From assembly GCF_009914755.1 (NCBI RefSeq), contig NC_060926.1: DNA of 64,000 bases, one strand, 5' to 3'. Below the pieces are notes generated by a model. That model did no database searches, was not told the DNA's origin, and saw only the letters and a program-made list of their open reading frames with translations. How positions within the stretch are numbered: position 1 is the stretch's first letter; every line of letters starts with the position of its first letter. Made by a program: the position numbers and the translations under genes. This document shows positions 51,102 to 64,000 of this stretch, one piece after another. The DNA is from the human T2T-CHM13v2.0 reference genome, Homo sapiens.

Positions 51102-54100
51102 ATTTATGATACATGCTGTGTTTATGTGTATAATGATGATCCAGAAACTAAAGGGTGACTGGTTTAAGGACTGCCTATGTTGCACTGAGGCTTCCTTCTT
51201 TTCAAATTATGAACTAAAGGGTACAGCAGTACTTGCATGACTCTCAAAAATTCTAGCAGCATGAGATAGAGGTAGAGGAGATTTACTGAGATAGATGCAT
51301 TGGAAGCTGTAGAAGCTCGTCCTGTGCTGTTGTGGATGTTGTGATTGTAGTAGTTGTTGTTAGTACAGTGGGAGTAAAAGCAGCTTGAAGATTTACAAGC
51401 TCTTCTCTTCCTCATACTTACAACTCCCTCTAGAGATGCATCAGTGATTGTACAGGCATCTCTGACACCTCTGGAGAAATCTTGTTAGCTCAATCCAGAA
51501 TCTTACCTGATAAATGTTTTGAGTCTCAAATTATGTGAAACTAGGGTGTAGAAAAAGGACTAGAGCAAGGGAAAATAATGTTCATGCCTGCACAGTGGTT
51601 GTAGACAGGTAAATGGGGGGCTTTATAAGTGTGATGATGTGCCAAACCTCTGTCACCACGGGGAGAGAAGCATCAAACCAGGATCACTTCTGGAAGAATC
51701 ATTAGGTTATTTTAGATGGAAGGAACTGTGAATTCCTTGCCAAATAGATTTTTAAAATTCAAAGCTACTCATTACGTGTTAATATTATTTAACTTCTTTA
51801 AATATACCATGTGGTAGAGGGCACATCCACTATTTCAATTCAGGGTTTGTATGCCTATGTGAATTACACCATTAAAAACACAGCAAATTCCATATTGGTT
51901 GGGGAAGAATGTTTGAACAGTAATCAATTTCGTGAAGAAGAGGTTTATGTCACAGCACTTTCCACAGTATTACATACAAAAACAGTGAATGATCTCATAT
52001 CCACAAGAACCAGCATTTCTCATGTGCCACATATGCCCTCCCAGAAAGAATTGAAGCCTGTGACAAGTTGATGAAAGGGGTAGAAAAAAGAATAAAACCC
52101 CAAAACACAGCACTATAAATGGAAAGGGGAAAATCATTGCAGAGCCTATGATTATAAAAATACAAAAGGTGGATATTCTGAGTATTTTTATGGCAACTAG
52201 CTTGACAGAAGTAACAATAACTTTGTATTATAAATTTACCCAGAACGAAATTTCCAATTTTATATCTGCCTGACTGGTGTCTTGATACCTTATCAAAATT
52301 ACACAAATTTTCAAGAGATTCAAAAAGAATAAATACTCCCAAACTTATCATATGAGATCACCATATACTCCAGTCCAAAAACAAACAAGGACGTAACAAA
52401 CGGAGAAATTAAATGCTGGTATCTCTTGTGAACATAAACACAAATATTCTGAAAAATAGGGAAAGAAGGAAAATATAATCATTTTTATACCTATATGTTT
52501 GTGAACACACATGGTTAAGTGTATTACAGTTTTTATGCTAAGAACACTTGATATGTAATTACAAGTTCTAAAAAATTGATATGAAACGGAAGATGTGACA
52601 GTTCCATTTTCCTAACTTTTAAAAGAATATTTCATCTTATTTAAATATTATTTTTATTTTTGTATGACTTTTTGTTTTGCTTAGACTTTTAGTTGAAATG
52701 AATAATGAATGTGTATTAAAAGCCTACCATTTTGATTTAATCTATGAAGGGTATTTAAATTCTCATTCTATAGAAGAAAAATCCAAACTCCTTAGAAAAG
52801 AGAGATCTTGCCAAGAGCTACACAGTTCTTGTTTCGGAGCTGAGATTTTCTCTCAGATATTCTGGCTCATACAATTTTCAGTACACTACAGATAGAAGAT
52901 GCAAAGACAACATTACCCAATTGGTCTTGCACTTACTTTGTTCACTGTTAACTAAGTTTACTGAAAAAAAATTACAATAAAATACACTGTCAAAGAACTG
53001 TCACAAATAAATACATCTGCAGAACCACCTCCAAAATCCAGACATAGAACATTTCTATAACTCCCAAAAGTTTTGACCTACTCTTTTGGAATCCACTTGC
53101 TTTCCACCACACAGATCAGGGAATTCTTGATCTGCTTATTGTCAGTGCAGATTCCAATTTCTTTTTAAGGGTTTCATATAAATGAAATATAGCATGTGCT
53201 CTTTTGCATCTGGTGAATTTTGTGCAGCATAACTGCTTCTCAGATTCATTGAGATGTCATGTGTTCCAGTTATGTGCTCCTTTTTATTTTTGAGTGTTAT
53301 TTAACTGTTTGGTAATTTTATAATGGATCCTTTCACCTGTTGATTGCCATGTAAGTTGTTTCCACTTTGGGCTATTACGGATAAAGCTGCTATGAATGTT
53401 CTTGAACAAGACTTTGTATGAACATATCTCTTTATTTCTTTTGGGCTAATTCCTAGGCGTGTAGTTGCTGGGTCTTACAGTAAGTGTTTAATACTCTGTT
53501 CAACTTTTTCCAAAGTGGCTGAAACATTTTACATGTCCACCAATAACTTATTATAGCTCCACACCCTCCAACTGCTGTTTTGATTTTTTTTTTAAGATTT
53601 CACCTAATTGTCACTCAACAGTAACCAGAATAGCTAGTGATTATTAAGCTATGTTTTTCTGACTATTTTCTTGTCAATTTTGGTGGTTGATGTGTTTCAG
53701 GATATTGAGAATAGAATCAATGCCATCCAAGCTCCTTTTCAAATAATTTTATCAAGCCATAATATTTAAGATGGTAACAAGGTATATACAAGGTGTGTTG
53801 GGAGTAGTAATAAGTGTTTTCAACATTTATTATTATCGTACTCCATAAGGCAATATGTCTTCAATGAAATAGTGTTTAACTAGACTTAGGATAGAAAGGT
53901 TCTCATCTCAACCCTAGTATTCAATATTAGGAAAAGTTTAAGGAAAAAAAAAAACATCCAGGAAAATAAGTCAGAGAGTGTTTTGCTAGTCAAGAAAAAC
54001 TGCAACACTGATGCTCTTTTAATGCCAGACCTTCACAATAATTTCCACTCAGATCATTTGGTGGCCTCCTTGCCTTGTTCTCCTTATGGGACTTCATTCT

Positions 54101-54745
54101 GAGGGCATGTGACATCACAGAGGGAGCAGTGCACTTGGGTACAGAAATATGGCTTAGGGGATTGTCTGGCCTTAGAGGTGGCTGCAATGGAATATACATT
54201 TTCAAGGAAGTTCCCTGTTAAAGCTGATAAATTGTTAGTTAAGGCAAGGTGCAGGGGCTTATGCCCGTTATCCTAGATGTTTGCAAAGTCAAGGATGGAG
54301 GACAGCTGAAAGCCAGGAGTCCAAGACCAGCCTCGAAAAAATAAGGAGATCCCCCTGTCTGTAGAAAAAAAAGAATGTTTGGTAAGATGTGGTGTGAACA
54401 ATGACATCTATAAGAGATTATTTATTAACATTTGCTCAGAAAACTAGAAAATAGAATGATGTCTTATAATCCATCAATATCATAATAAAAATGCTAAGTT
54501 TTTCAACTATGGTAAATATAGAGAACATAACATTGCCCATCTTAGCCATTTTTAAGTGTACAGGGCAATGGCATTAAGTAAGTCACATTGTTGTGCTATC
54601 ATCAATAATAGCAATCTCCAGAACTCTTTCCATCTTCTAAAACTGAAACTCTATTTCAATTAAATGACAACCCTCTCCCCATTTCCCCTGCTTCAAGTTC
54701 CTGGCAACCTCCATTCAAGTTCTGTCTCTATGACAGTGACTACTC

Positions 54746-57700
54746 TGAAGCAGGTTCACTGTGCCCTGGTTACCAACTTATCAGAGTCCAGGGAGACAGA
54801 ACAATCATACACAACAAGTTACAAGAATCTGGTGTAGTATTTATAGGTGGCCAACAAGGGACTGCAGAAGCCTAGGATGTATTGTGGGTCTGTCCCCTGA
54901 GGCACAGGCATGTGGGTCTGATGGAATCTTGACTGTGTGTACCCCAGTTGGACCACAACTCAGCAACCCCAGAAAGAAGATGCTCTGGGTTTTTAATCCT
55001 GGTGTCACAGGACACATGGAGCTAAAGTACTGGAGGACTAAAGTACTGGAGGACAGTACTAGGAGAAGCTGGAACAGGGGCAGGCTCTTCTGACCAGTCT
55101 CTCCCTATTTCAGAATGTTACATTTCCAGCACATTCTACAGTTGTTCTTGAGAAGTGTAAGAAAGAGAGTGGGGAGAACTAACTGAGTCGAGAACCATTA
55201 GAGGACTGTACTGGAGTCACCCCCAACCCAAACACCCCCGTTAGAAAGCCATTCCATTTTATATGCCTACTAATAACCCTGAACTGGTGGCAGAGGTGTG
55301 TCTTGTTTGACTGATGAAGCCCCTCGACGAACACAATGTCAAAGCAACATCATAGAGCCAGAGCCAGAATAGATTTCACTGGGCCAATGAAAACTACTAC
55401 CAGAGGCAGGATGATCAGGCCCACCTGAAGCAGTTATGTAGCCCAGGATCCAATGATCCACAGAAGAAGTTGCTAAAGGGGTGAAAGAAGAATCCTTCAG
55501 GTGGGACCATTTTCTTCAATTACGAGCCTGTTTCCAGATCTCCTCTCTTGAATTTCTAGGATACCTGAGGTGTTTGTCCAGGTACAACAGAAAGTGTTGG
55601 AAATTGTATACAATCCTCCCAGTTGGGATTTTAAAAAAGTCTAGAGCAACACTGTTATCTAAAACATCCATCCCGATGGAGTTAAGGGATGTCTGCTGGG
55701 CTACCAAGGCAGTGGCTATGGAGGAGGAGCCATATCTGCCATGGTCAGGGACACATTTCTTATCATTTCTCTTTTTTACATGAGCACTGACTCCTATACA
55801 TAGTACCAAAAATATCACAAAAGACATAAACCCATAGTCTGTTATACCTTCTGGCAGGTCCCTAGTAAGTCTGAGGTACAGCTTTGGGCTGCAGGCTCAA
55901 TGGTTCACCTAATTCCAAGGAGTAATATCCAGAGACAAGCCCAGCATGCCCAACATGCAGAATCTCACCATCCCACAGTTATCCAGAGATGGCATCACAC
56001 ATCCTGCATTTTGTTCACTCCCAGACCATTCACAGAGAAATATGTAGCCCTTGGGTGCATACAGCCCCCTTTCTCCCATTTTATTGTTTAATCACCCAGT
56101 CATGGTTATGCAGGTATTGGTGTGTTCATTAGCCAAGTCTCACTGATGGCAGAGTTGAAGGAGCAAAGTTTTGCTCAGACAATATTGTTCATAGACAGAG
56201 GGTAGCATTAGTCCTCTCCTTGTTTTTGTCTTTGCCATTGGGGCATTTCTTATCTATGCAATCAAAGAAATATGGTACATCAAAATATCAGTCCACCAAT
56301 GTTTTTTTTAGTTGTGGTCATGACATTTGCCACAGAGTCAATTTAGTTAAATGGGGGGCCTCCAGTTTTCTCCCATGTGGTAGGTATCACATCCTCAGTT
56401 GGTAGGCCAGTGCCCGGGTCCTGTTGATGTACACCATGATATCAGTAATGTTGGTGTCATTTGCCTTCAGTAGAATGAAAGGAAACCTCTAGTTAGTGAC
56501 AGAACGAGGTCAAGAATGGCAGATTCAGTATTTTGAAAGATTACACTCGGTGACTTGCAAGAAGCTAACAAAGATGTTATGCTTCTAGGCCTTTGCTGCC
56601 TCATTCTTGCCAAAATGCAGTGTGACAGGTTAGTGCATCATCTCTCACCCATCCCAGGGTCTCAGGTGTCTCCTACCCATCTACAAGGGTTAGGCTGTGT
56701 TGGTGTAAGAATGCGGCCTGGCTGTCCTTGCTCTGTGAAAAATCCATTGCCTTTGTCACTTGACCCAGACATTTCAGTCCTGATTGTCCACTGCAGGAAG
56801 GGAGATTATGCCCTGTAAAAACTTGACATATTTCATAATATCACCAATACTAAAGGAAGGATAAGATGGCCCTGGCACCAGAAGAGGGCCCCTAGCTCCC
56901 TGATATTTCTTAGTCTTGTCATCCATCCTGTGGGATCTTGTAGAAAAGAGGCATTTAGAGGAAACATAATCCCCATATTAGAGTTAGGGGGCCTGTCTGG
57001 GGTAAGATGATGGCCTGAATTGAAAATCACCCCAGGGCATGCATTCTAAAGGAAAAAAAGAAAAAGAATGGTTAGGAACACTGAAATAGCTTTCACAGGT
57101 CCAGACTAATAAAGGGTCTGCCTGGTCTACCTTCGTTTCCACTCAGCATTATGTTCCTTAACATTCATTATTTCCCTTGTTCTGGAGTGCGATATTTAAT
57201 GCCCATATTGCTCTAGTAAGATGGGGTACCACCCCATTAGCAGACTTTCTAGATGTCCTTTCTAGATGTTGCTGTGTGAGTCCATTGTTCTAGCATTCAC
57301 TAGATTCATTGGCCTGTGGATGCAGGGTGCATGGAAAGTTCATCGTGTTCCATGAGAGTGTGCCTATTGTCATGTTGCTTGGGCAGTGAAAGATGCTCCT
57401 TGGTCAGTGTGAAGTGTCATTGGGTATCCAAAAATATGATGTAAGTTCCTTTCAAGGGTGACCTTGGTAGTCCCGGCATCCAATTGAGCATCGTATCTCT
57501 TTTTCCTGCAGGTGGAAAGCTGTGGCCATAGTCCTTTCCTCCACACCAGGGATTCTTTAAAAGTCCAGTCTCTCAGTTGCCATTTTCCTGAACAGATGTT
57601 GAGGCTGTTGGCAATGGCCCATGATTTAGTGGGAATGTGGCATGGTACGATGTTGGAACAGCCTGCATGGCCATTACCACTGAATGTAGTTTGACCCACT

Positions 57701-58000
57701 GGGTTGAAATCCCATGCTAAGTTTCAGTTAAAAAAGTGGCCATCCATTGGCTGAATGGTGGCCACACCTGGTGGACCTGTCAGTTTGCGTTTTCCTCAGC
57801 CATCAGTGACTCCTGCCATATGGAAATCTCTGAATCTTGGGCTCGACATGGGTAAATGAAAATCCAAATTATCACCTACAAGTCATTTGGTCCCTTCAAC
57901 AACCTCTCCATTTGTTCATGGAGCCACAGATCCTGTGGGGTCCTGACTAAGCCTGATCAAGAATGTGCCATTTCCATTTGATAACCTGACTCTGTTGAGA
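54746..58000 (-). mobile_element. Truncated paralog of the 37.6-42.1 kb ERV (3' LTR, env remnant, integrase remnant)
   Basis: Same LTR start TGAAGCAGGTTCACTG and same L1 flank; integrase-like IFGYPMTLHTDQGASFTAQAT; env TM motifs. Confidence 0.7.
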
Positions 58001-58975
58001 TTGTTACTGCCTTGAAAGCCAGGCAGGCGCTTCTCAACTCTGTGATTCTTCCCAGGAAATACGTGAGAACTTCCATCTGGGTTCATATCTCAAACACAAC
58101 CCACCAGTCTCTCACTTGCTGCCCTCTGCTCAAAATCTTCACATTGTAATTTTTCATGGGGTAAAAAGTTAGCTTATATATTATCTTGTATTCATTCAAA
58201 TTCTGTTTAAATAACATACATATGTTCCTTTATTCTTTCGAACTTTGTCCTTATTTTTGAAACCCAGCTTTGGAGTTCAGAAAGCTACTTTTGTACTTCA
58301 ATATGCTGTGAGTGAGACTGTGCAAACACTTTAGCAACTAGGTCTTTATTTTTGCATACATTTGCCACAACATATCTAGTAATTAAAAAATCTAGACTGT
58401 GAAGAGTTTTATTTGGCTTCTCCCTGAAAAAAGTAGGATAAAATACAGTGCTTGCTGCTGTTCTGGTCAAGGGTCGGCCTTACAAAAAGTGGAGGGGGGA
58501 GGTGGAGGAGGGGAGGGAAACTGATTTAATATCACCAGATCTTATCAATGTACATGTACTCTGGTAACTGCTAAACCAAATCAAAAGAATGTGTTAGTTT
58601 TGTGTTGCCAGTAATCAGTCTCAATTAGGTGCCTGTTATGCAGAATGAATTTAGTTGATGAATGAACATAGGGAAGGAAGAGAGGATTAGAATGAGCTCT
58701 CATTGAGCCTTCTCTTCTCTTGTGTCTCATTGCTCAGAGGGCACGTGGACCTCCTCCATACTGCAGACTCTGTCATGCAAAGGCTGCTGCAGCTGACGGG
58801 ACCTTAAAATGTGGTGCCTGAGGTGTAGCCAAGAAATTTATGGTCATGAGCCCTCAGCTGCACCAAGTCCTCTGAGTTCTCCAACATCTTGGTCTTTAGG
58901 CATCTAAGAGAATCCACAGTGCCTGCTCTCCACAGAAACAGCACATCTGGGCAGCTAGGCCACAGCAAGTGGGGG

Positions 58976-59003
58976 GGTTTGTGTTCAAGACTATACCATT
59001 GTG
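58976..59003 (-). other. 12-RSS of IGKV2-10
   Basis: CACAATG + GTATAGTCTTGA (12) + ACACAAACC. Confidence 0.9.
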
Positions 59004-59697
59004 GGAGGATAATGTGTACTTTGCTGGCAGCAATAAACCCCAACATCCTCAGCATCCATCCTCCTGATTTCAGCATGAAATCTGTCCCCAACCCACTGCC
59101 ACTGAACCTGTCTGGGACTCCAGGGTCGTGATTGGAAACCAAATAGATTGGGAGCCAAGGAGGCTGGCCTGTCTTCTGTAGGTACCAGTTGAAATAGATG
59201 TATCCATTACTGTGAAGGGGGCTGTGACTAGACCTGCAGGAGATGGAGGCTGGCTCTCCAGGGGTGATGGGCAGGGAGAGTGGAGGTTGGGTCATCACAG
59301 CATCTCCATTGGATCATGAAATAATGAGAGAGAAGTGCAAGGTTATGTGCAAACATTGTGAGTCATTTTAATCATTTTCTGTCTGTTATTTATGTTTTGC
59401 TCAATTATTTTTGTGTGTGTGATTTTGATTAATCCTCCCAAAACATACAGATTTAAAAAGAACCAATATTTACATATCCTTGCTCCTTCTGGAATCTTCC
59501 TCACTCTCACAGATCTAGACATCACATGCCCCATCCTGGAGGACAAGACACATCTAACACGAGGACAGGACACACATGGGAGGTGGCGGGGTCCACAGAG
59601 TTCACCCTCCCACCCCATCATCCTCCCTCATTTCCCTTCTGCCCTTACCAGGGACCCAGAGCATTAGCAGCCCCAGGAGCTGAGCAGGGAGCCTCAC
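59004..59697 (-). pseudogene. IGKV2-10: Ig kappa variable pseudogene, VK2 family. Leader 59697-59649, V exon 59315-59004
   Basis: [44 protein letters not shown]... Lesions: start codon GTG, acceptor CAT instead of CAG (59317-59316), 1-nt deletion near 59068 (V region 301 nt). Position next to IGKV1-9 fits the name. Confidence 0.92.
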
Positions 59698-59794
59698 TGT
59701 GAGAAGGTGAACTGAGGAGTCCTGATCAGTCAAGGCAAGGTTAGAGTGAGCTTTCGTCTCAGACTCACAAGGAAAGTCCTCCCTAGGGGACAGT

Positions 59795-59802
59795 ATGCAA
59801 AT
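59795..59802 (-). promoter_or_regulatory. Octamer of the IGKV2-10 promoter
   Basis: Perfect ATTTGCAT about 100 bp upstream of the mutated start codon. Confidence 0.85.
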
Positions 59803-60100
59803 CCCCTGGTGGGTGCAGTGGGGTGGAAAGAGCCAAGGAGAAGGTGGGGGCGTCTCTTGTGAGCAAAATGACATAAATATATTTTATGTTTTTAAGGAAA
59901 TCAATAGAGGTAAAATCTGTGTTGCCTGAGTGGCAGAAGGGACGTATTTAGATTTTCCTGCTGTTTCCTCTACTAGACTTCTAGTTCTTTAGGACTTTCT
60001 CGGGCATGTTTTATGTTTCTTTTTAATAAGCTTGATCTTTCATAAATATTTGATGATTCTTATTTCTTTGTTTAGGTTTATTTAAAAGAGTCTAGGTTTG

Positions 60101-60150
60101 TTTATTTTATTTTATTTTATTTTATTTTATTTTATTTTATTTTATTTTAT
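60101..60150. repeat. (TTTTA)n pentanucleotide repeat
   Basis: About 10 units. Confidence 0.95.
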
Positions 60151-60906
60151 CTAAGGTAAAACACACAGTGCAAAGGGTGCAACTCTTAAGGGTGCAAATG
60201 AATGTCAAGATCCAGATCATTTCATATCATGATCCACATAGAAACGCAGAAGGTTTCCAATTCTCTCGCTGCTTTCATTATGCACCTTCCCAGTCAAAAA
60301 CTGCTGCTCAAAACACAATCAATGTAAATGATATTCTGACATATAATTGTTTTAGTCCTGGACTTAATCTTTATATCAGGTAAAGTAAACATTTTTTGTA
60401 GCTTCTTTCTAACTTTTTTCATTTTTTGAGGCCTTGGTTCCTTCTTGTCAATTTGAGTTGCTGTCTGCTGTCATTCTCTGTTATTCTGAAGAATTTTCTC
60501 TTGAATCTCTTACAAGGCATATATGCTATTAATGAATTAATCTTTGTGTATGAAGGAATATTTCTACCTTGCTTTTATATTTAAACGATTGTTTTTCTGG
60601 ATATAGAATTTGTGGCTGAGAATTTGTGGCTCAGTATTTAAAAATATCATTCCACTGTCTTCTCACCTCCATTTGTAATGGTGAAAATTTAGCCAATGAT
60701 TTTAATATTGCTTCTTAGTATAAAGTAAGTCGGTATTTTAGTGATGCATTTCAAATTCTCTGGGTCTTTGTCTTTCAACACTGGTACTATAATGTGTATA
60801 GTTATGAATTGTACTGTGCTTATCCTAAAAGGGTTTCACTGAGTTTCTTTCATGTATAGATTAAGGTGTCTCATCACTGTAAAAAATGTTTTTCATTATT
60901 TCTCCA

Positions 60907-61335
60907 TTTTTTTCTTTTTCAATTTTTATTTTAAAATCAGAGCATACATGTACAGATATGTTACAAAGTTATTTTGCATGATGCTGGGATTTGGGGTATG
61001 ACTGAACTTATTAAACAGGTAGTGAGCACTGTACCCCATAGGTATTTTTTCAGCCTCTGCCCTTCCTCCCTTTGTCTCCCCTCTAGTAGTTCCCAGTGTC
61101 TATTGTGCCCATCAACCGTGGATTGGATAAAAAAAAAAACTGTGTATAGATACACCATGGAATCCTATGCAGCCATAAATAAGAAGAAAATCATGGTCCT
61201 GCAGAAACTTGGATGCAGCTGGAGGTCATTTACCTAAGTGAACTAATGCAGAAACAAAAAACCAAATACCATGTGTTCTCACTTATAAGCGGGAGCTAAA
61301 CATGGGGTACACATGGGCGTAAAGATGAGAACACA
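60907..61335. mobile_element. Short L1PA element with a 5' inversion
   Basis: Reverse-oriented L1 3' end (about 60907-61110) abuts a forward-oriented upstream L1 segment (about 61105-61335). Confidence 0.7.
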
Positions 61336-64000
61336 GTTTTTAGCCTCTTCCTGTCTTCTCCTTTGTGATTCCTAATACAAATTTGTTGGTATTGTTCACA
61401 GGGACCTATAATGTCTGAGGTTTTATTCATTCTTCTTTATAATTTTTCCCTTCTTTATATGAGGTCATTTCTATTGACTTCTTTTTCAGATCACTGACTC
61501 TCGCGTCATGTTAAATTGCTGTTGAGTCTATCTAATACATTTTTCAATTGAGTTGTACCTTTCATTTTTCGGATTCCCAGTAGGTCTGTTTTCATAGTTT
61601 TGTGTCTGTTTGAGAGCCTCTATTTGTTGAATCATTGTCTTTACAAATTCCTTTTTAAGTCTTTTATTATAGGTTAAAATAATTATTTGAACATATATTT
61701 GATAAGGGTGGAGCACACAGACACCATGGAGATGGACCATAAGGCAGGGAGCTCAGAATTGGATTAGTTGAATTTGGAGTCTCTGACTAGATGGTGCTCT
61801 TGTGAGATTTAATTATTTTCCATGTTTCATGTTTCTCACAATACAAATAGCTTTTATTTTTTAAGATGGTAACTATGAACAGAAATTCAGCTTATAAATT
61901 CCTGGGAATTCCTAATAGGAAAATTGATGAAAAAATGGTTTTTCTTAGGCCCCCACACCTGCCTCTGCCTGGGACCTGACTTTGTCTCTGAGCCGGCGGA
62001 ATCTATGATGAGGTTTTGAGTTGGGCAGTGAAATCATGGCAGGGCAGGCTGTGCTCTGGGTGCTGTGGAGAACAAGGGGACACTCCTGCAGGGTTAGTGA
62101 TGCTGGGAGTTCAAGGGGAGACTCAGCATGGAGCTGCCTGTTGAGTCACCCCAGCAATCCTGTCTGGACAGTGATCATCTCACAAGTGTACTTGGATGCC
62201 AGTGGATGGCCCAAATGTGGGTTCAGGTTGGACAAGGACAAAGCTTTAGGGATGAACATATGGGGCTCATTTGATAGTCTGAAGTTTCAGCACAAGCGTA
62301 ATGAATCATATGGGAAAAGAAAGGAGTCACAAGGTTGTGACTTTTCATTTGATATTAAAATATATTCCCTCTGCTCATTTTTCCCTACAGAATGTAACTA
62401 CTGTTACATATTTAACCAAAGTCATTGTTTTTAATTTTCATTTTAGTAACTGACAGCCTGTGTGCAGAGTTCCTAAATAACTGGAAAGCCAGGCCGTCAT
62501 TCCTATGGCTGAAGCCAGGAAGTGACTGTGGATATGAAGAAATGTGAGTTTCATGTACATGTCTCTAAAGCCACGGGCCACTGATCTGGTGGGAACCTGC
62601 AGTCATTTCACTTTCTCATACCCAGATGAGAGGACACCTTGATCTGTGTTCATCTGATGATCTGATGAACTCTAAAAACTGGACCATATTCTGAAGGTCT
62701 AGTTCACACTTCTTTTCTGTGCTAGAGGGACTCTACTCACATGTATTGTACACTCTGCATAGGACAGTCTGTGATACATACAAGTTTTTTTCTGCTAAAT
62801 ACTCATCAATCTTGTCATTTATGCATCTTCTATAGTTGTTACCTGACCTATGGCTATGGGGTCTTCCAAAAGAATGGGCCAGAGGTGGAGCTGTGAAACT
62901 GTAGCTGAATAAGAAGTGTAAGTGTCAAGATAGGGTAAAGAAGTGTTGATAATAATAATATTTCAAATTAGTCTGGGCTCTTGGCTGTGATTACTGGTAA
63001 GTGGGAAAGAGTCTAGGTTTGTTTTTTTTAAGTTTTATTTTAATTGATAAAGTAGCCAGGGTAAAGTGCACAAATCTTCAATGTGCAACTGAATAAAGTT
63101 TATGTGTAATTCATTGTCCAGGTGGAATGATAGAATATTTCACATACTCTTGTGCTTCCCTCATGGACAATCTTTGTCAGTTTTCGCCCCTCCCACCCAG
63201 CCATAGTAACTGTTATTCTGACATCTAACACAATCACTTAGGTTTTCCTGTCTTGAACTTCACATAAATAGCATTAAGTGTATTTTTCTCTTTTTAGCCT
63301 TGGTATTGCTCCTTACAATGTTTGAGGCCTTCATTTCTTCCAGTGGACTCAAGGTCCTGTCTGATGTCATTTCCTGGGATTCTGAAGGATTTTCTCTCAA
63401 ATGTCTTATAAGACATAGCTGCTATGAATGAATGTACTTTTTTATCAAAGAAAATTTTTTTTTGCTTTTTCTTTAGATGTGAAGGTATTTTCACTGGATA
63501 TAGAATTCCTAGTGACTTTTTTCTCCTTTCAGCATCTAAGTATGTCATTTCACTGCTTCTAATCTCTATTGGTCCTAATGAAAACTTAGCCAATAACAAT
63601 ATGTTGTTTCTGTGTATTGGTTGGGAGATGATGTTTGACAGTGATCAGTTTGTGAAGCAGAGGCTTGTGTCACAATACTTTCCACAGTACTACATTTAAA
63701 AATGGCGAATGGCCTTTCATTCTTGATGCAGTGAAGATTTTCTGTCTTTCAACATTTTAATATAATGTGTTCAGTTATTAATTTCTATTATCTAAAAGGG
63801 TTTTATTGAATTTTTTCATCTAAGAATATTTTTTATTACTTTTGAAAAGTTTTTGTCATTATTTCTCCAAGGATTTTTTTTTCAGCCACTTTCTCTGTCT
63901 CTCCTCCTTTGTGACTCTCATTATACTTTTGTTGGTATCCTTCACTCTGAGCTATAAATCTCTGACGTCTTCCTCCTTTTTTTTAAACATTTTATTTAGA

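Noticed and set aside
58804-59298. 164-aa ORF at IGKV2-10
   Set aside because: Its length comes from a frameshift read-through past the RSS; the start codon and acceptor are also mutated.

Overview
This is mammalian genomic DNA that I recognise as the proximal V cluster of the human immunoglobulin kappa locus (IGK, 2p11.2). Five named V segments lie on the minus strand, each with an octamer promoter, a leader exon, an intron, a V exon and a 12-bp-spacer recombination signal sequence (RSS). They are IGKV1-6, IGKV3-7 (open frame, but the splice acceptor is GG), IGKV1-8, IGKV1-9 and pseudogene IGKV2-10. The three IGKV1 genes sit in 6-9 kb duplicated units embedded in Alu, L1, DNA-transposon and LTR/ERV remnants. 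These include an LTR13 solo LTR with a 6-bp target-site duplication (TSD) and three copies of one ancient ERV with a gamma-type env transmembrane (TM) remnant. Almost all other ORFs in the track are spurious. I found no new biological system. The most notable observations are several decayed V relics between the named genes, a degraded IGKV1-9 promoter, a conserved E-box 33-34 bp behind the RSSs, and several duplication and repair footprints. One relic is inverted and keeps a perfect heptamer, and there is a separate orphan 12-RSS. Repeat family names and gene names come from recall, not database searches.
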